Source: the human T2T-CHM13v2.0 reference genome, Homo sapiens
Strand: one strand, 5' to 3'
DNA length: 64,000 bases
Assembly: GCF_009914755.1 (NCBI RefSeq)
Contig: NC_060940.1
Shown here: positions 28,061-40,460 of the stretch, piece by piece
How positions within the stretch are numbered: position 1 is the stretch's first letter
Layout of the letters: every line of letters starts with the position of its first letter
Notes under the pieces: generated by a model
What the model saw: the letters and a program-made list of their open reading frames with translations, nothing else
The model's database searches: none
What the model was told of the DNA's origin: nothing
Position numbers and translations under genes: made by a program

Positions 28061-30571
28061 TTGACTAGGAAAGGGAACTCCCTGACCCCTTGTTCTTCCC
28101 GAGTGAGGCAATGCCTCGCCCTGCTTCGGCTCGTGCACGGTGGCTGCACCCACTGTCCTGCACCCACTGTCTAGCACTCCCTAGTGAGATGAACCTGGTA
28201 TCTCAGATGGAAATGCAGAAATCACCCATCTTCTGCGTTACTCACGCTGGGAGCTGTAGACCAGAGCTGTTCCTATTCGGCCATCTTCCATTATTTCAGG
28301 TGTTTAATTTTCTCTAAAGGATACTCCATAAATCGATGACAGAAGTTCCCCCTAGGTAGGGAAACTGGTTATCTGAAGTATAGAGGTGGGAAGCAAGCTT
28401 TTTCCTCCATAACCTTTTGTGCTTTGTGAATTTTGTACCATGAAGATATATTTGCTGCCCATTCAAAATTAAAAAAAAAAAATACATTTGGCTAAAAGTG
28501 TGATGTCTAAGTCAAGTCAGTTGAGAGTGTGATGGATTTCAAAGCAGACAGGGCACTTTCATCTCCTGGGGACTTTCTTACCTCCTTTGTTTTCCTTTCA
28601 TATGTCACCAGTGAATTCTTTCCTCCTACTGGTTAATGCTAGGTGGACTCATACAATGCCTACTGCATCTGGGACTCATTGTTATCATAGACCTTTCCTC
28701 ATATTGATATCTACATAATCAAAACATGAGCACCTCCTCATTTCTTATCCAGAACTTCCCAGAGGCCAATTAGGCAAATATTTCTTTCTTGAAATTTCTT
28801 AAAATCTTAAGCCCATCTCACAAAAGAGAAAACAAACTTAAGTCGTCAATGTGTTTTCTGTGCCTACAGGACATGACTGGATAATTTACATTTATGGTGG
28901 GAGTTACATTTCACTTACCTTGAAACCAGATCAATAGGAAATAGAAGAAAGAAAGCAAGCATTTGTTAAACGACCACCATTATGGAGCTTTAGGATAGGT
29001 ACTTTCTATTCATAGGTATATGAATTATATAACGAATTCATTTAATCCCCTCAAACCCATCAGAGAGGGGTAGTTTTATTATTCTTGTCTTATAATTGAG
29101 GAAACAGATACAAGAGTATTGAATAACTCATCCATGCATCCAACCCCTCTGACTCCAAGGCTCTTTCTACCAAAGTCCTGTTGAACTATAAGAAAATGTT
29201 ATGAAATAATAGAAGTTGGAAAGCTCATATCTTTGTTTCAGTCTTGTTTTACTAATCCTGTGCAGCAAAATGTCACCACCAAATGCAAGATGTATTTCAT
29301 AAAATGCCTTAATCTGTTTATTCATCACTTAAGGGTACATTAGAGAGACTGAGAACTTGATCTTTATTTTCCTACTAACAGATGTTGTTACTAAGAAACA
29401 TGTAATTGAGCACTTTGGGGCAATTACTTTAAAATATAATGCTCACCTTTCCAATAACTTTCCACACAGTTCCCCGAAATTAAGACACATTTCATGTTGA
29501 CTCATCAAAGGGCCCCATGCCCCCTCCTTTGAGACAATCCTACCTCTAAAAGTATGGTTTAAATTTGCCAACCCAGTACAAAAAGGAAGAATATCAGGCC
29601 TCCTACATATTCACAACCGTCTGTCACTAGATCTGGAGCAGCTTTTGGAAGCTTTTTAAGCCTCTCTCAAGTGTTTCCTTTCCTTACATCCAGGTGATTA
29701 CTGCATTCAAAAAATATTTTTCTCCCTTTCAGAAATTCCAGAATCCTGAAGTACATCTGTATCAGGTAAGGTTTTAAAAGATGTTTAAAGATAATTTAAA
29801 TAGTCAGTGCAATTTCTTAATTTCTCCAAATGTGCTGTGCTCTATCAAACACACTTTTTGCCTTTGTATCTGCATTTCCCTTTGTCTGGCTTGCTGCTGC
29901 TTCGCCCATTGACCACATCATCTTTTTCTTGTCAATCTTTATTTACCTTCAGGAGCCATTTCATCATCGATTCTTCTTTGAAATATATTCTGATTCCACC
30001 CTACCCCCTAGGCAGAGTTATGAACCTCCTCACTGTGACCACATTGAATGTCTTAAACAATAAACTCTCTTACAACATTGATTTCTTACATTTGCCTACA
30101 TCCTTTCTCCGCTGCTAGACTAATGCTATTCAAAAACTGCTATATGCATACACACAGGGATGAAGTGATGGTATTATAGACTGTGCCTGGCACAGAGGCT
30201 TGCTAAATGTTTGAATAAATTTTTGTTGAATAAACAAAATAGTATTGCTTGTTTTTATGAGAACATCAGACATTTATTAAGTCACTACTGCATAGACCAT
30301 TATGCTGAGGTTAATGTGGGACTTAGACCTACAAAAGCATCTACGTAGGAGGAGGTCAAGAGCATATGCTGTGGACCAATACAGATTTGCTTCCATTACT
30401 TATTCTAAGATGTATGGCAAATTAATCAACCCCATTATGCAAATGGTCTTATTAGGAAACTGAAAATATTAATAGTATTTTGACTGCATATATTTGTCCT
30501 GTATATTTAATAAGATAAATGTATATTAGACACTTACTGATAGATCTGACACACAAGAAGCATCAGGGACC

Positions 30572-30629
30572 TTGAGAACACAAGGTAAGATTGAGAACAC
30601 AAGATAAGGTTGAGAACACAAGATGAGAT
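30572..30629. repeat. 19-bp tandem repeat x3
   Basis: ttgagaacacaag repeated three times. Confidence 0.85.
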
Positions 30630-30761
30630 TGAAACTGCCTTTGCAGGAGTTATAACAGTGAGAAAATTATGACAGTGATAGAGATCTGATTTAACCAACA
30701 CTCAGCGTGCCTTTAACCTCCAAACTGTGCTTAATCATTCCTGGATTTGAGCCAAACTAAC
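30630..30761 (+). mobile_element. LTR8/LTR8A 5' fragment
   Basis: tgaaactgcctttgca...aaaattatgacagtga...aacctccaaactgt...aactaac. Confidence 0.75.
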
Positions 30762-32343
30762 TGATATGGTTTGGCTCTGTGTCCCCACCCAAATCTCATC
30801 TCCAATTGTAATCCCCACATATGAAGGAAGGGACCTGGTGGGAGGTGATTGAATCATGGGGGTGGTTTCCCCCATGCTCTTCTCATGATAGTGAGTGAGT
30901 TCTCATGAGATCTGATGGTTTTAAAAGTGTGAAGTGTTTGGCACTTCCCCTATTGTGCTCTTTTCTCTCTCTCCTGCTGCCATGTAAGATGTGCCTTGCT
31001 TCCCCTTCACCTTCCACCATGACTATAAGTTTCCTAAGGCCTCCTCAGCCATGCAGAATTGTGAGTCAATTAAACCTCTTTTGTTTATAAATTACCCAAA
31101 TCTTGGGTATTTCTTATAGCAGTGTGAAAACAGACTAATACATTAAATTGGTGCCAGTAGAATGAAGTCCTGCTATAAGTATAACCTGAAAATGGGGATG
31201 TAACTTTGGAACTGGGTAATGGGGAGAAGCTGAAACAGTTTGGAGGACTCAGAAGAAGACAGGAAGATGTGGAAAACTTTGCAACTTGCTAAAGACTTGT
31301 TGAATGGTTTTGACCAAAATGCTGATAGTAATGTGGGACAATTAGAGTCCAGGATGATGTGGTTCCAGATGGAGATGAAGAACTTATTGGGAACTGGAGC
31401 AAAAGTCACTTTTGCTATGCTTTAGCAAAGAGACTGGTGGTATTTTGCCCCTGCCCTTGAGATGTGTGGAACACTGAACTTGAGAGAGATGATTTAGGTT
31501 GTTTGGTGAAAGAAATTTCTAAGCAGCAAAGCATTCAGTAGGTGACAGGACATATAAATTTGGAAAATTTGCAGCCTGAAGATGCAGTCAAAAAGAAAAA
31601 CTCACTTTCTGGGGAGAAATTCAAGCCAGCTGCATAAATTTGCAGAAGTAACAAGGAGCTGAATGTTAATAGCCAAGACAACAGGGAAAATGTCTCCAGG
31701 GCATGTCAATGATCTTCAAAGCAGCCCCTCACATCACAGGTCTGAAGGCCTAGGAGGAAAAAGTAGTTTCCTGGGCCAGACCTAGGACTCTTCTGCTCTG
31801 TGCAGCCTCTGGACTTGGCATCCTGCATCCCAGCTGCTCCAGCTGTGGCTAAAAGGGGACAACACACAACTCAGGCCATTGATTCAGATGGTCCAAGCCC
31901 CAACCCTTGGTGGCTTACACATGGCATTGGGTCTGTGGGTGCACAGAAGTCAATAATTGAGGTTTGGGTACCTCTGTCTGAATTTCAGAGGATGGCTGGA
32001 AGTGCCTGGCTGTCCAGGCAGAAGTCTGCTGAAGTGAGAGAGCCCTCATGGGGAAACTTTGCCAGGGCAGTGAGGAAGGGAAATGTGGGGTGGGAGCACC
32101 CACACATAATCCCCAGTGGGGCACTGCCTAGTGGATCTGTGGGAACAGGGCCACCATCCTCCCGACCCCAGAATGGTAGATCCACTGACAACTTACATGG
32201 TGCACTTGGGAAAGCTGCAGGCACTCAATGCCAGCCCATGAAAGTAGCAATGAGTGCAGAGCTGCCCAAACCCTTGGGATCCCACCACTTGCATCAGCAT
32301 GCCCTGGATGTGAGATATGGAGTCAAAGGAGAGCATTTCAGAG
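30762..32343 (+). mobile_element. THE1D-like LTR (30762-31142) plus truncated THE1 internal region
   Basis: tgatatggtttggctctgtgtccccacccaaatctcatc...cagactaataca, then internal sequence ending abruptly at ggagtcaaaggagagcatttc; no 3' LTR. Confidence 0.88.
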
Positions 32344-33521
32344 AAAATGAGTCAATACTCATTTTATAATGGTCTTCAATCTTCTTCTAAAATAAACGTG
32401 CAACCCTGTTAGAAATCTCTCCAAAAGTGAAGATAGTATATGAATTAAGTTAGCATCAGGAAGCACGAAGAACACAGATGCTCTTAATTTACTTTTAGCT
32501 TATTAATTAACATAGTGTAGTTTTTCAAGAGCTTATTCAAAAACTACTTTAATTCAGATTTAGTTTTACTTGGTCAGAGATGATGTAAATTTTAGATAAC
32601 ATTTGCAAGTGATTTTTTTAAATGTCACACCTGTCCATTAACAAATTTATTTTTGAAGATGTACTTACGAGGTGAATTTTTTAAATAAAAAAAGGTAATT
32701 GTAAAAATGTAAGTGTATTTATCAAAATACGTTGAAGAAGTATTTTGGATCATATCTGCTATTTCATAGTTGACTCTTAATGTTAAAATAAAAATATTTT
32801 AAAATAGGAAAATATAAACACAGCAACTTTACATCCTTGGTAGTGTATTTAGCAAAATGCATTAAGTACTCTAAACATATCTGTTAAGCTTTGACATATT
32901 AATTATACTTCTGGGAATCACTTTTAGATAATAAACCCTAAAAGTAGATCATATTTTAAGCAATAAAATCTCTGCTGATAAACAAGTGGAATGCCAAAAA
33001 TATATGAAGTATACAATCACCTATCAGTTCAAAATTATATGTAGCTATTGACAAGGACAATTGTATTACATAATTATCTAATGTTGTGAAAAATAATATG
33101 TATTAGATTGAGCATACATCTTGATTTACTCAGGGCAGTTCCAGTATAGCCTTTTGCAAACCAATTGAAACCTACTAAGTACTTTTAGTTTTCCTTTTAT
33201 TTTAAAGGAAAGACTATATGTTCATTCTACTTATTATATAAAGAGAAAGTCCAGGAAGAAAACAGTATGCATGCCATAATTGTAAAGGGTACAAATAAAT
33301 AACAATAATAAGACTTTTTTAATAATAAGGTCAGAAAGAAAAATATCAAAATATTAAAAGTGACTATCTTTGATATGGGGGGTGGTGGTGCTATTGTAAT
33401 TTGCCCCTATATTATCCACTTAAACTCTGGCTTAAATGCTTTTAATAATGAGCATGAATTATAGTGAAAATGATATAAAATAATTACTGTTAACCTAAAG
33501 AATATATATATTATATATAAA

Positions 33522-33968
33522 TGTATTAGGGTTATCTAGAGGGACAGAACTGTGTGTATATGTATGTATATATATATATATGAAAATTTATTAAGTATTA
33601 ACTGCATGATCACAAGGTCCCACAATAGGCCATCTGCAGTCTGAGGAGCAAGGAGAGCCAGACACAGTTCCAAAACTGAAGAACTTGGAGTCCAATGTCC
33701 AATGTTCGAGGGCAGGAAGCATCCAGCATAGAAATATGTAGGCTAGGAGGCTAGGCCAGTCTCTCTTTTCATATTTTTCTGCCTGCTTATATTCTAGCCA
33801 CACTGACAGCTGATTAGATTGTGCCCACCCAGTTTAAGGGTGGATCTGCCTTCCTCAGCCCACTGACTCAAATGTTAATCTCCTTTGGCAACACCATCAC
33901 AGACACACCCAGGATCAATTCTTTGTATCCTTCAATCCAATCAAGTTGACATTCAGCATTAACCACTG
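33522..33968 (-). mobile_element. MLT2A (HERV-L) solo LTR
   Basis: tgtattagggttatctagagggacagaac...caatccaatcaagttgacattcagcattaacca. Confidence 0.88.
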
Positions 33969-34104
33969 AAATTAATCTTTTTTTGATAACCTATAGTGAC
34001 AAGGTTTTATATTAATTGGATGTCTTAAAAACCATGACTACTGTAATGTATTTATCTGAGTTCCTTTTCTTTTTAATAGAAATTTGTAATAAATTTTTAA
34101 AAAT

Positions 34105-36900
34105 TAATATATTTTTATTTAAATAGCTTTTGAGGTACTACTCATTTTTGGTTACATGGATGAATTGTACAGTGGTGAAATCTGAGATTTCAGTGCCCCA
34201 GTTACTTGAGTAGTGTATACTGTAGCCAATATGTAGGTTTTTGTCCCAAACCCCCCTTCCTCTCCCTGCTCTGAGTCTCCAAAGTCTATTATATCACTCT
34301 GTGCACCCATAGCTTAGCTTGACAGAGGTAGTTGAAGCAGTTCTAGTAAAACACTGAGATCTTATCGGGGGAATGGTGGGAGCCACCTCAGCTCCCCTAT
34401 TAGGCCAGCAGGAAAACAATCCACCTTCCAGTCACACTCCTGACTGACCCAGTGTTCTGGCTTTTCATATCATACAGACACCTTTTTTCATATCACACAG
34501 ACACCTTTTTTCATCAGACACCTTTTTTCATGTTGATGTTCCATATAGAGAGGGATTGTGACTCTGCTCCTTGTGCAAGCCTGAACCTGGAGGACACTCA
34601 TCCTGTGGGGACACAGTGACCCTGAAATGTTCCAAAAAGGCTATGTACAGGTGCACCCACTCTAAGCTCCAATGGATAAGCTCTAGGTGTTTTTGCAGTG
34701 GTGGATGAGGAAGAAAAGAAATGTCCTTCTCCAAGACCCTTCATGAGGACCAGGGCTGCCTGACTATTGGCGTAGAGCCACAGACTCTCCCTGCTGAGCC
34801 CAGCACTTCACCTGTGCCTGTGCTGAAGGAAACTTTCCACATGCAGAAATTTCTGAGACTCAAGTCCTGCTGTCTGAATTCTTTTGTCTCATGGGGTACT
34901 CCCTTGATGTGGTGCACTCCCTGTTTCCCTAGGAATAGGAGTTCCTGAGAGTCAGACTACTGTAAATGCTGCTGTCCCTCTAGGTCTAGCCACCCAGTGG
35001 GGCTGCCAGACCCCAGGCCGGTGCTACAGAATGTCTGCAAGAGACCCAGTGATGTGATCTGTCCTCAAGTCTCCCAGCAGCGGGTAACAGCACTAACTCT
35101 GATGAGGGTGACAGAGGAGAGACAGACTCTTTATATTCACTGGTTATAAATAATCTTAATTTGTTGGCTTTCTCAAATGCTGGTTGTGATAGTAATGAAG
35201 TGGTCACGTGGACAGACTAAGGAACTCCTGTTTAGCCAGGGTGCTGCAGGCAATGTTAATAGTTAAGGTCACTCACAATAATTAAGGTCACAGTGCCCAC
35301 TGTTTTATTCTACCTAGAGCTGCTGTAACGCATTGTGTCAGTTGGCCACAAGCCAGGAGGTGGTACTTGCAAAAGAATACCAGCTGCAGTGGTAGGGGTG
35401 GGATTTGTGCTTGCCTTATGTTACCCTGGGGAGGTAGTCTCGTGTCTCTGGCAATGGATGGGACCATAGAGCTCCCAAAAGTTTCTGCCCTTTGTGTTAA
35501 GCTACCAGGGTGGATAAAGGAGTAAAGCCAGGTTGGGGCTGGGTCAGGCCAGTCTGTACTCTAGCTCTCCACATACGGGACAAACCCCATTGAGGATCTG
35601 AGGGCAGTTCTCTTGCCACTGGGGTAGTGTTCCATGGAGGAGTGCTTCCTGTACTGTACAGAAGAGTTCTCAGGAATAGTGAGGGGTGACAGGCAGCAGT
35701 AAGCCCACTGTGTTAGTCTGTTCTCACATTGCTATAAAGAAGTACCTGAGACTAGATAATTTATAAAGAAAAGAGGTTTAACTGGCTTATGATTTTGAGA
35801 GCTGTATAGGAAGCATGTTGTTAACATCTGCTTGGCTTCTCGGGAGGCCTCAGGAAACTTACAATCATGGAGGAAGGCAAATGAGGAGCAGGCACATCTT
35901 ACACTGCAAGAGCAAGGCGGGGCATGGGGGACAGTGGGGGAAGTGCTACTGCTATTCACTTTTAAACAGTCAGCTCTTAGGAGAACTCACTCCATTGTTG
36001 TGAGGACAGTACCAAGAGGATGCTACTAAAACATTCATGAGAAATTCATCCCCATGAGCCATTCACCTCCCACCAGGCCCCACCTTCACATTGGAGATTA
36101 CAATTGAACATGAGATTTGGGTGAGGACACAGATCTAAACCCATATCTCCCACCCAGCTCTCACTCAGTTGGCAAGGGGGGTCTCACGCTAGCTAAGTTC
36201 CAGGCAGTCTGTGCTCAGAACTCAAAGCTGCCCCAGGCCACACCTTCCCAGTGGAGACAGGAATGGCAGCTTTCAGGCCATGCCCCTCCCAGTCTACCCA
36301 TGAAGCTGGGGTGCCCAGCTCCTGCACTTGTAGCTCCAGCACACTTCCCACACATCCACTGGTTCTGCCCAAGGGAGTTTGTCCTCAGTGGAGACTATAT
36401 TACAAATCTTAGTTGGGAGCTTCTTGCAACCAACAACCGCTGCCTGAATTAGCTGGCAGGCTTCCACAAGATTCCTGCAAGGTTGAATCAGGAATGGCTT
36501 TTCTCCATTCATGCTGGAGACAGGGATTGCATGCAAAGCACTCCCCACTGCTGCTCCTTTTTATATATTCCCCACCACTCCCTAAATCAGCTTCAGTGCT
36601 GGGAAGTGTTAAGGCCTTCCCTCCATGGTGTGGATTGCTGGGTTCTCTGGTGGAAGTGTATTTCCCAGAGGCAGTTCTCCCCCTTCTCATACTCTGGGGA
36701 CTTACCTTTTTTCCCCTGGCTCACGGTGTAGGCTGCAACCTGCTGCTTCTTTCAAAAGGTCTGTGGTTTCTTTCAGTTTTCCCGTTAAGTTCTTGCATTG
36801 CATCTTGGAAAAAGTTCACCATGTGTATTTCTACACATTGTTTTGTGTTTCCAAATAGGAGAGGCATGCTAACAATGCCCCCAGTCTGCATTCTTGGGGG
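34105..36900 (-). mobile_element. L1PB-type element: 3' end (34105-34319) joined to 5'UTR-like sequence (34320-36900)
   Basis: ttttggttacatggatgaattgtacagtggtgaa...cccatagcttagct is an L1PB-like 3' end. The GC-richer block ends ...cagtctgcattcttggggg, like an antisense L1 start. Confidence 0.6.
35709..36148 (-). mobile_element. MSTA-like MaLR solo LTR with 5-bp TSD
   Basis: tgtgttagtctgttctcacattgctataaagaagtacctgagac...ccatatct; CCCAC at 35704-35708 and 36149-36153. Confidence 0.88.
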
Positions 36901-36910
36901 AAAAATTGAC

Positions 36911-37770
36911 TATTTTTTTTTCAGAAGTTTTAGGTTGACAGCAAAATTGAGCAGAAAGTACAGACAGTTCCCATATTCCCACCCCCATACCTCACATACA
37001 TAGGCTCTCCCATTATCAACAGCCTCCACCAGATTGATACATTTATTACAATTGATGAACCTACATGAACACATCATTATTACACGAATACTATAATTTC
37101 CATTAGGGTTCACTTCTGATGTTGTTCATTCTATGGGTTTAGACAATTGTATAATATGTATCTACCATTATATTATCATGAAGAATGGTTTTACGGTGTT
37201 AAAAGTTCTCTGTGATCTACTGATTTATCCTTTCATCCCTCCTAATCCCTGATAAAGACTGAACTTTTTCTTGTCTCCACCGTTTTCCCTTTTCCAGAAT
37301 GTCATGCATTTGGAATCATACTGTAGACTTTCTAGACAGGCTTCTTTCACTTAGTAATATGTGTTTAACATTTCTCTATGTATTTTCATGACTTGATAAC
37401 TCATTTCTTTCTAGTGTTAAATAATATTCCATTGTCTGTATGTACCACAGTTTATTTACCCATTCAGCTACAATGGGTCATCTTGGTTGCTTCCATGTTC
37501 TGGCAATTATAAATAAATCTGTTATTTACATCTGTGTGAAATTTTTGTGTGGACATAACTCCTTTGAGTAAATACTAAAGAACATAATTGCTGGATCATA
37601 TGATAAGAATGTCAGTTTCATAAGATACCATCAAAATGTCTTCCAAAGTGGTTATGCCATTTTGCATTCTCACCAGCAATGAATGAGAGTTCCTGTTGCT
37701 CCACATCCTTGCCAGCATTTGGTGTTGTCAATGTTCTGGATTTTTGCCATTCTAAGAGACGCATAGTGAG
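36911..37770 (-). mobile_element. Old L1 3' end (L1MA/L1MB type)
   Basis: ttttaggttgacagcaaaattgagcagaaagtacag...cattctcaccagcaatgaatgagagttcctgttgctccacatcc. Confidence 0.8.
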
Positions 37771-38559
37771 TTTTTTCCCATTTAAACGCTCTGCTTTTGT
37801 TTTTAATATAACTTTCTGAGAGTTTAGAACATGTGTTAACTGCTAAAAGCGAATTTTGCTTTTTTTAACTTACATCATACAGGGAACAATCAAGGATCCA
37901 CCCACTCGTTCATTAAATAAACATCAATGGCAACTTCTATGTCTTCTTAAGCAAGCTAGAAGGCATGAAGATTCTGAAATAAACATCACAGTCGTGGTCC
38001 CTGAGTTCATAACAATTTTGTTTAGAGAAAAATAATACAGAAAATGAATGTATTAAACAAACGAATAAAATATTTAATTTCAGAGAGTCTTAATCTATAG
38101 ACATTGGAACGAGTAATATGATAAGTACCCTGAATGGGGGTGGAATACTATTTTATGTAGGACAGTCTGGAAAGGTCTCTCTAGGTATACATTTATTCTG
38201 ATACTAATTATAAAAATTTCTGAGCTAAAAGCTTCCTTTTCAGCATATAAGAGTGTAAGCACAATGGAATTGAAGAAACCTTTGCTCTCTTGACACCTAC
38301 ACAAAAGCCAGAGTTCTTAGAGTCAAATAGCTTTAGTCTCCAATTAAAATATTAAAATTTGTCATTATAGAGTCAGAAACTATCTCAGAACTTTACTTTG
38401 GAAACATTCCACCAATAAGAAACCATTTGTTACCATCAAAATCATTCCAGAAAGATAAGGAGATGCCTATTAATGCACCAAAACAAACTTATACATATTT
38501 GCTGAGGTATTTAATATTGGATAATATAGCTGAACATCACATTTTATTCTTTGTGCTTT

Positions 38560-39560
38560 TGACACATATTTATTGGACACCTACAATGTGAAAGCTGCTT
38601 TTCTAGGCTATGGGGATATAAGACTGGAATGGTAAAAATTTAAACATAAAAATTTCCATCCTCATGAAAAATTATTTCATGACTAAGCAAATATTAAGTA
38701 ATAACAGCACATTGAAAGAGGGAATATTGAATAATGATAAGTATTAGGTTGGTGCAAAAGTAATTTTTTTGCCATTACTTTTAATGGCAAAAATTGCAAT
38801 TACTTTTGCACCAACCTAATAATATAGGAGAAAATAAATAGAAAAGAAGAATTAGGAAGGGTGTAAGGCTTTCAATTTTAAATAGGTATTTCAGAAAAGG
38901 CATTCTGAGAAACTGTTACTTAAAGATCTGAATTAGGTGAAATATGGGAAGAGCATTCTAAAAAAGGGGAGCTGAATGTACAAGGAAAAAATAAAGCATA
39001 GAGATAATGAATACACACTTACATAATTTACCTACATATGTGCATCCCTTATATTCAAGGGAATAAGTATAAAATACATACTGCATACATATACACAAAG
39101 AAGCACATGTACATACATGCATAAACAGTTATCAGGCTGGAAAAGAGAGAACAAAGAGGGAGAGAAGGAGTATTTGTAGAGAAACGGGTAGCAGATAGTT
39201 TTGTAGAGGATTTTATAAGCTGTTTAACATATTTAGCTTTTACTCTGAATGATATGGGAAATTAATGGACACCTTTGAGCAATGAATGATAGGTTTTAAC
39301 TTGTGTCTTAAAAGTTCCCCTCTCGCTAGTGATTACAGGTGTACTTAAAAGTGCAGTCATTATGATTAGCTGATTTAAATGTGGGTGATAGCAAAAGTGG
39401 AGAGCAAAATGACTTCATGGCATTTGGCCTAAGTAACAAGAAGAAAGTATTTTCCAATAATTAGATAAGAAAGTCTATGAGCAAAGTAGGTATGATGGAG
39501 CGTACTGGGAATTTGTTGGACATTCCAAGTTTGCAATGTGACATCCACATCTACATGCTG
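38560..39560 (-). mobile_element. L2 fragments
   Basis: atatttattggacacctac..., tttagcttttactctgaatgatatgggaaa, tttggcctaagtaac. Boundaries approximate. Confidence 0.55.
38744..38819. mobile_element. MADE1 (Hsmar1-derived MITE) palindrome with TA TSD
   Basis: TTAGGTTGGTGCAAAAGTAATT...AATTACTTTTGCACCAACCTAA, flanked by TA on both sides. Confidence 0.95.
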
Positions 39561-39644
39561 AAGGGAAAGTTGTAAAAACAAATACAGGGAAAGGAGGACA
39601 CGAGGATATCAATTTGCCAATGTACTTTACATTCATTACTATTA

Positions 39645-39931
<287 letters not shown>

Positions 39932-40164
39932 AATGAACACATTCACTTTTTTAAAACTGTCTTTAAAAATAATTCCCAAATTAGAGTTTCAAAAATAATA
40001 TGAACAAATTACACTTAGAAAAATATGTACAATCTATTTAAGCATATACCTTAAAGAGAAATAAACTCACTTAAAAATATAAATGTTTTGTTTGTTGAAA
40101 AAATATTTTTATTGTTGCTTATGTCAACACATAGACATATATTTTCTTTTAAAACATTTTTTCA

Positions 40165-40460
40165 GCCAGATGCGGTGGCTCACACCTGTAATCCCAGCAT
40201 TTTGGGAGGATGAAGAGGGCGGATCACTTGAGGTCAGGAGTTTGAGACCAGCCTGACCAACACAGTGAAACCCCGTCTCTACTAAAAATACAAAAATTAG
40301 CCTAGCGTGGTCGCACTCGCCTGTAGTCCCAGCTACTTGGGAGGCTGAGGCTTGAGAATCACTTTAACCTGGGAGGCAGAGGTTGCAGTGAGTCGAGATA
40401 GCTGTACTCCAGCCTGTGCAACGGAGCGAGACTTCATCTCAAAAGTAAAACAAAACAAAA
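40165..40460 (+). mobile_element. AluS (Sx/Sz-like) with TSD
   Basis: gccagatgcggtggctcac start; aaaacattttt(t)ca on both sides. Confidence 0.93.

Noticed and set aside
31800-32369. 189-aa ORF
   Set aside because: Lies wholly within THE1 internal sequence, with no evidence of function.
34460-34531. Short tandem duplications (also near 4868, 41863, 42595 and 58079)
   Set aside because: Ordinary slippage products.
36413-37003. 196-aa ORF
   Set aside because: Antisense across old L1 sequences and spans an element junction; probably chance.
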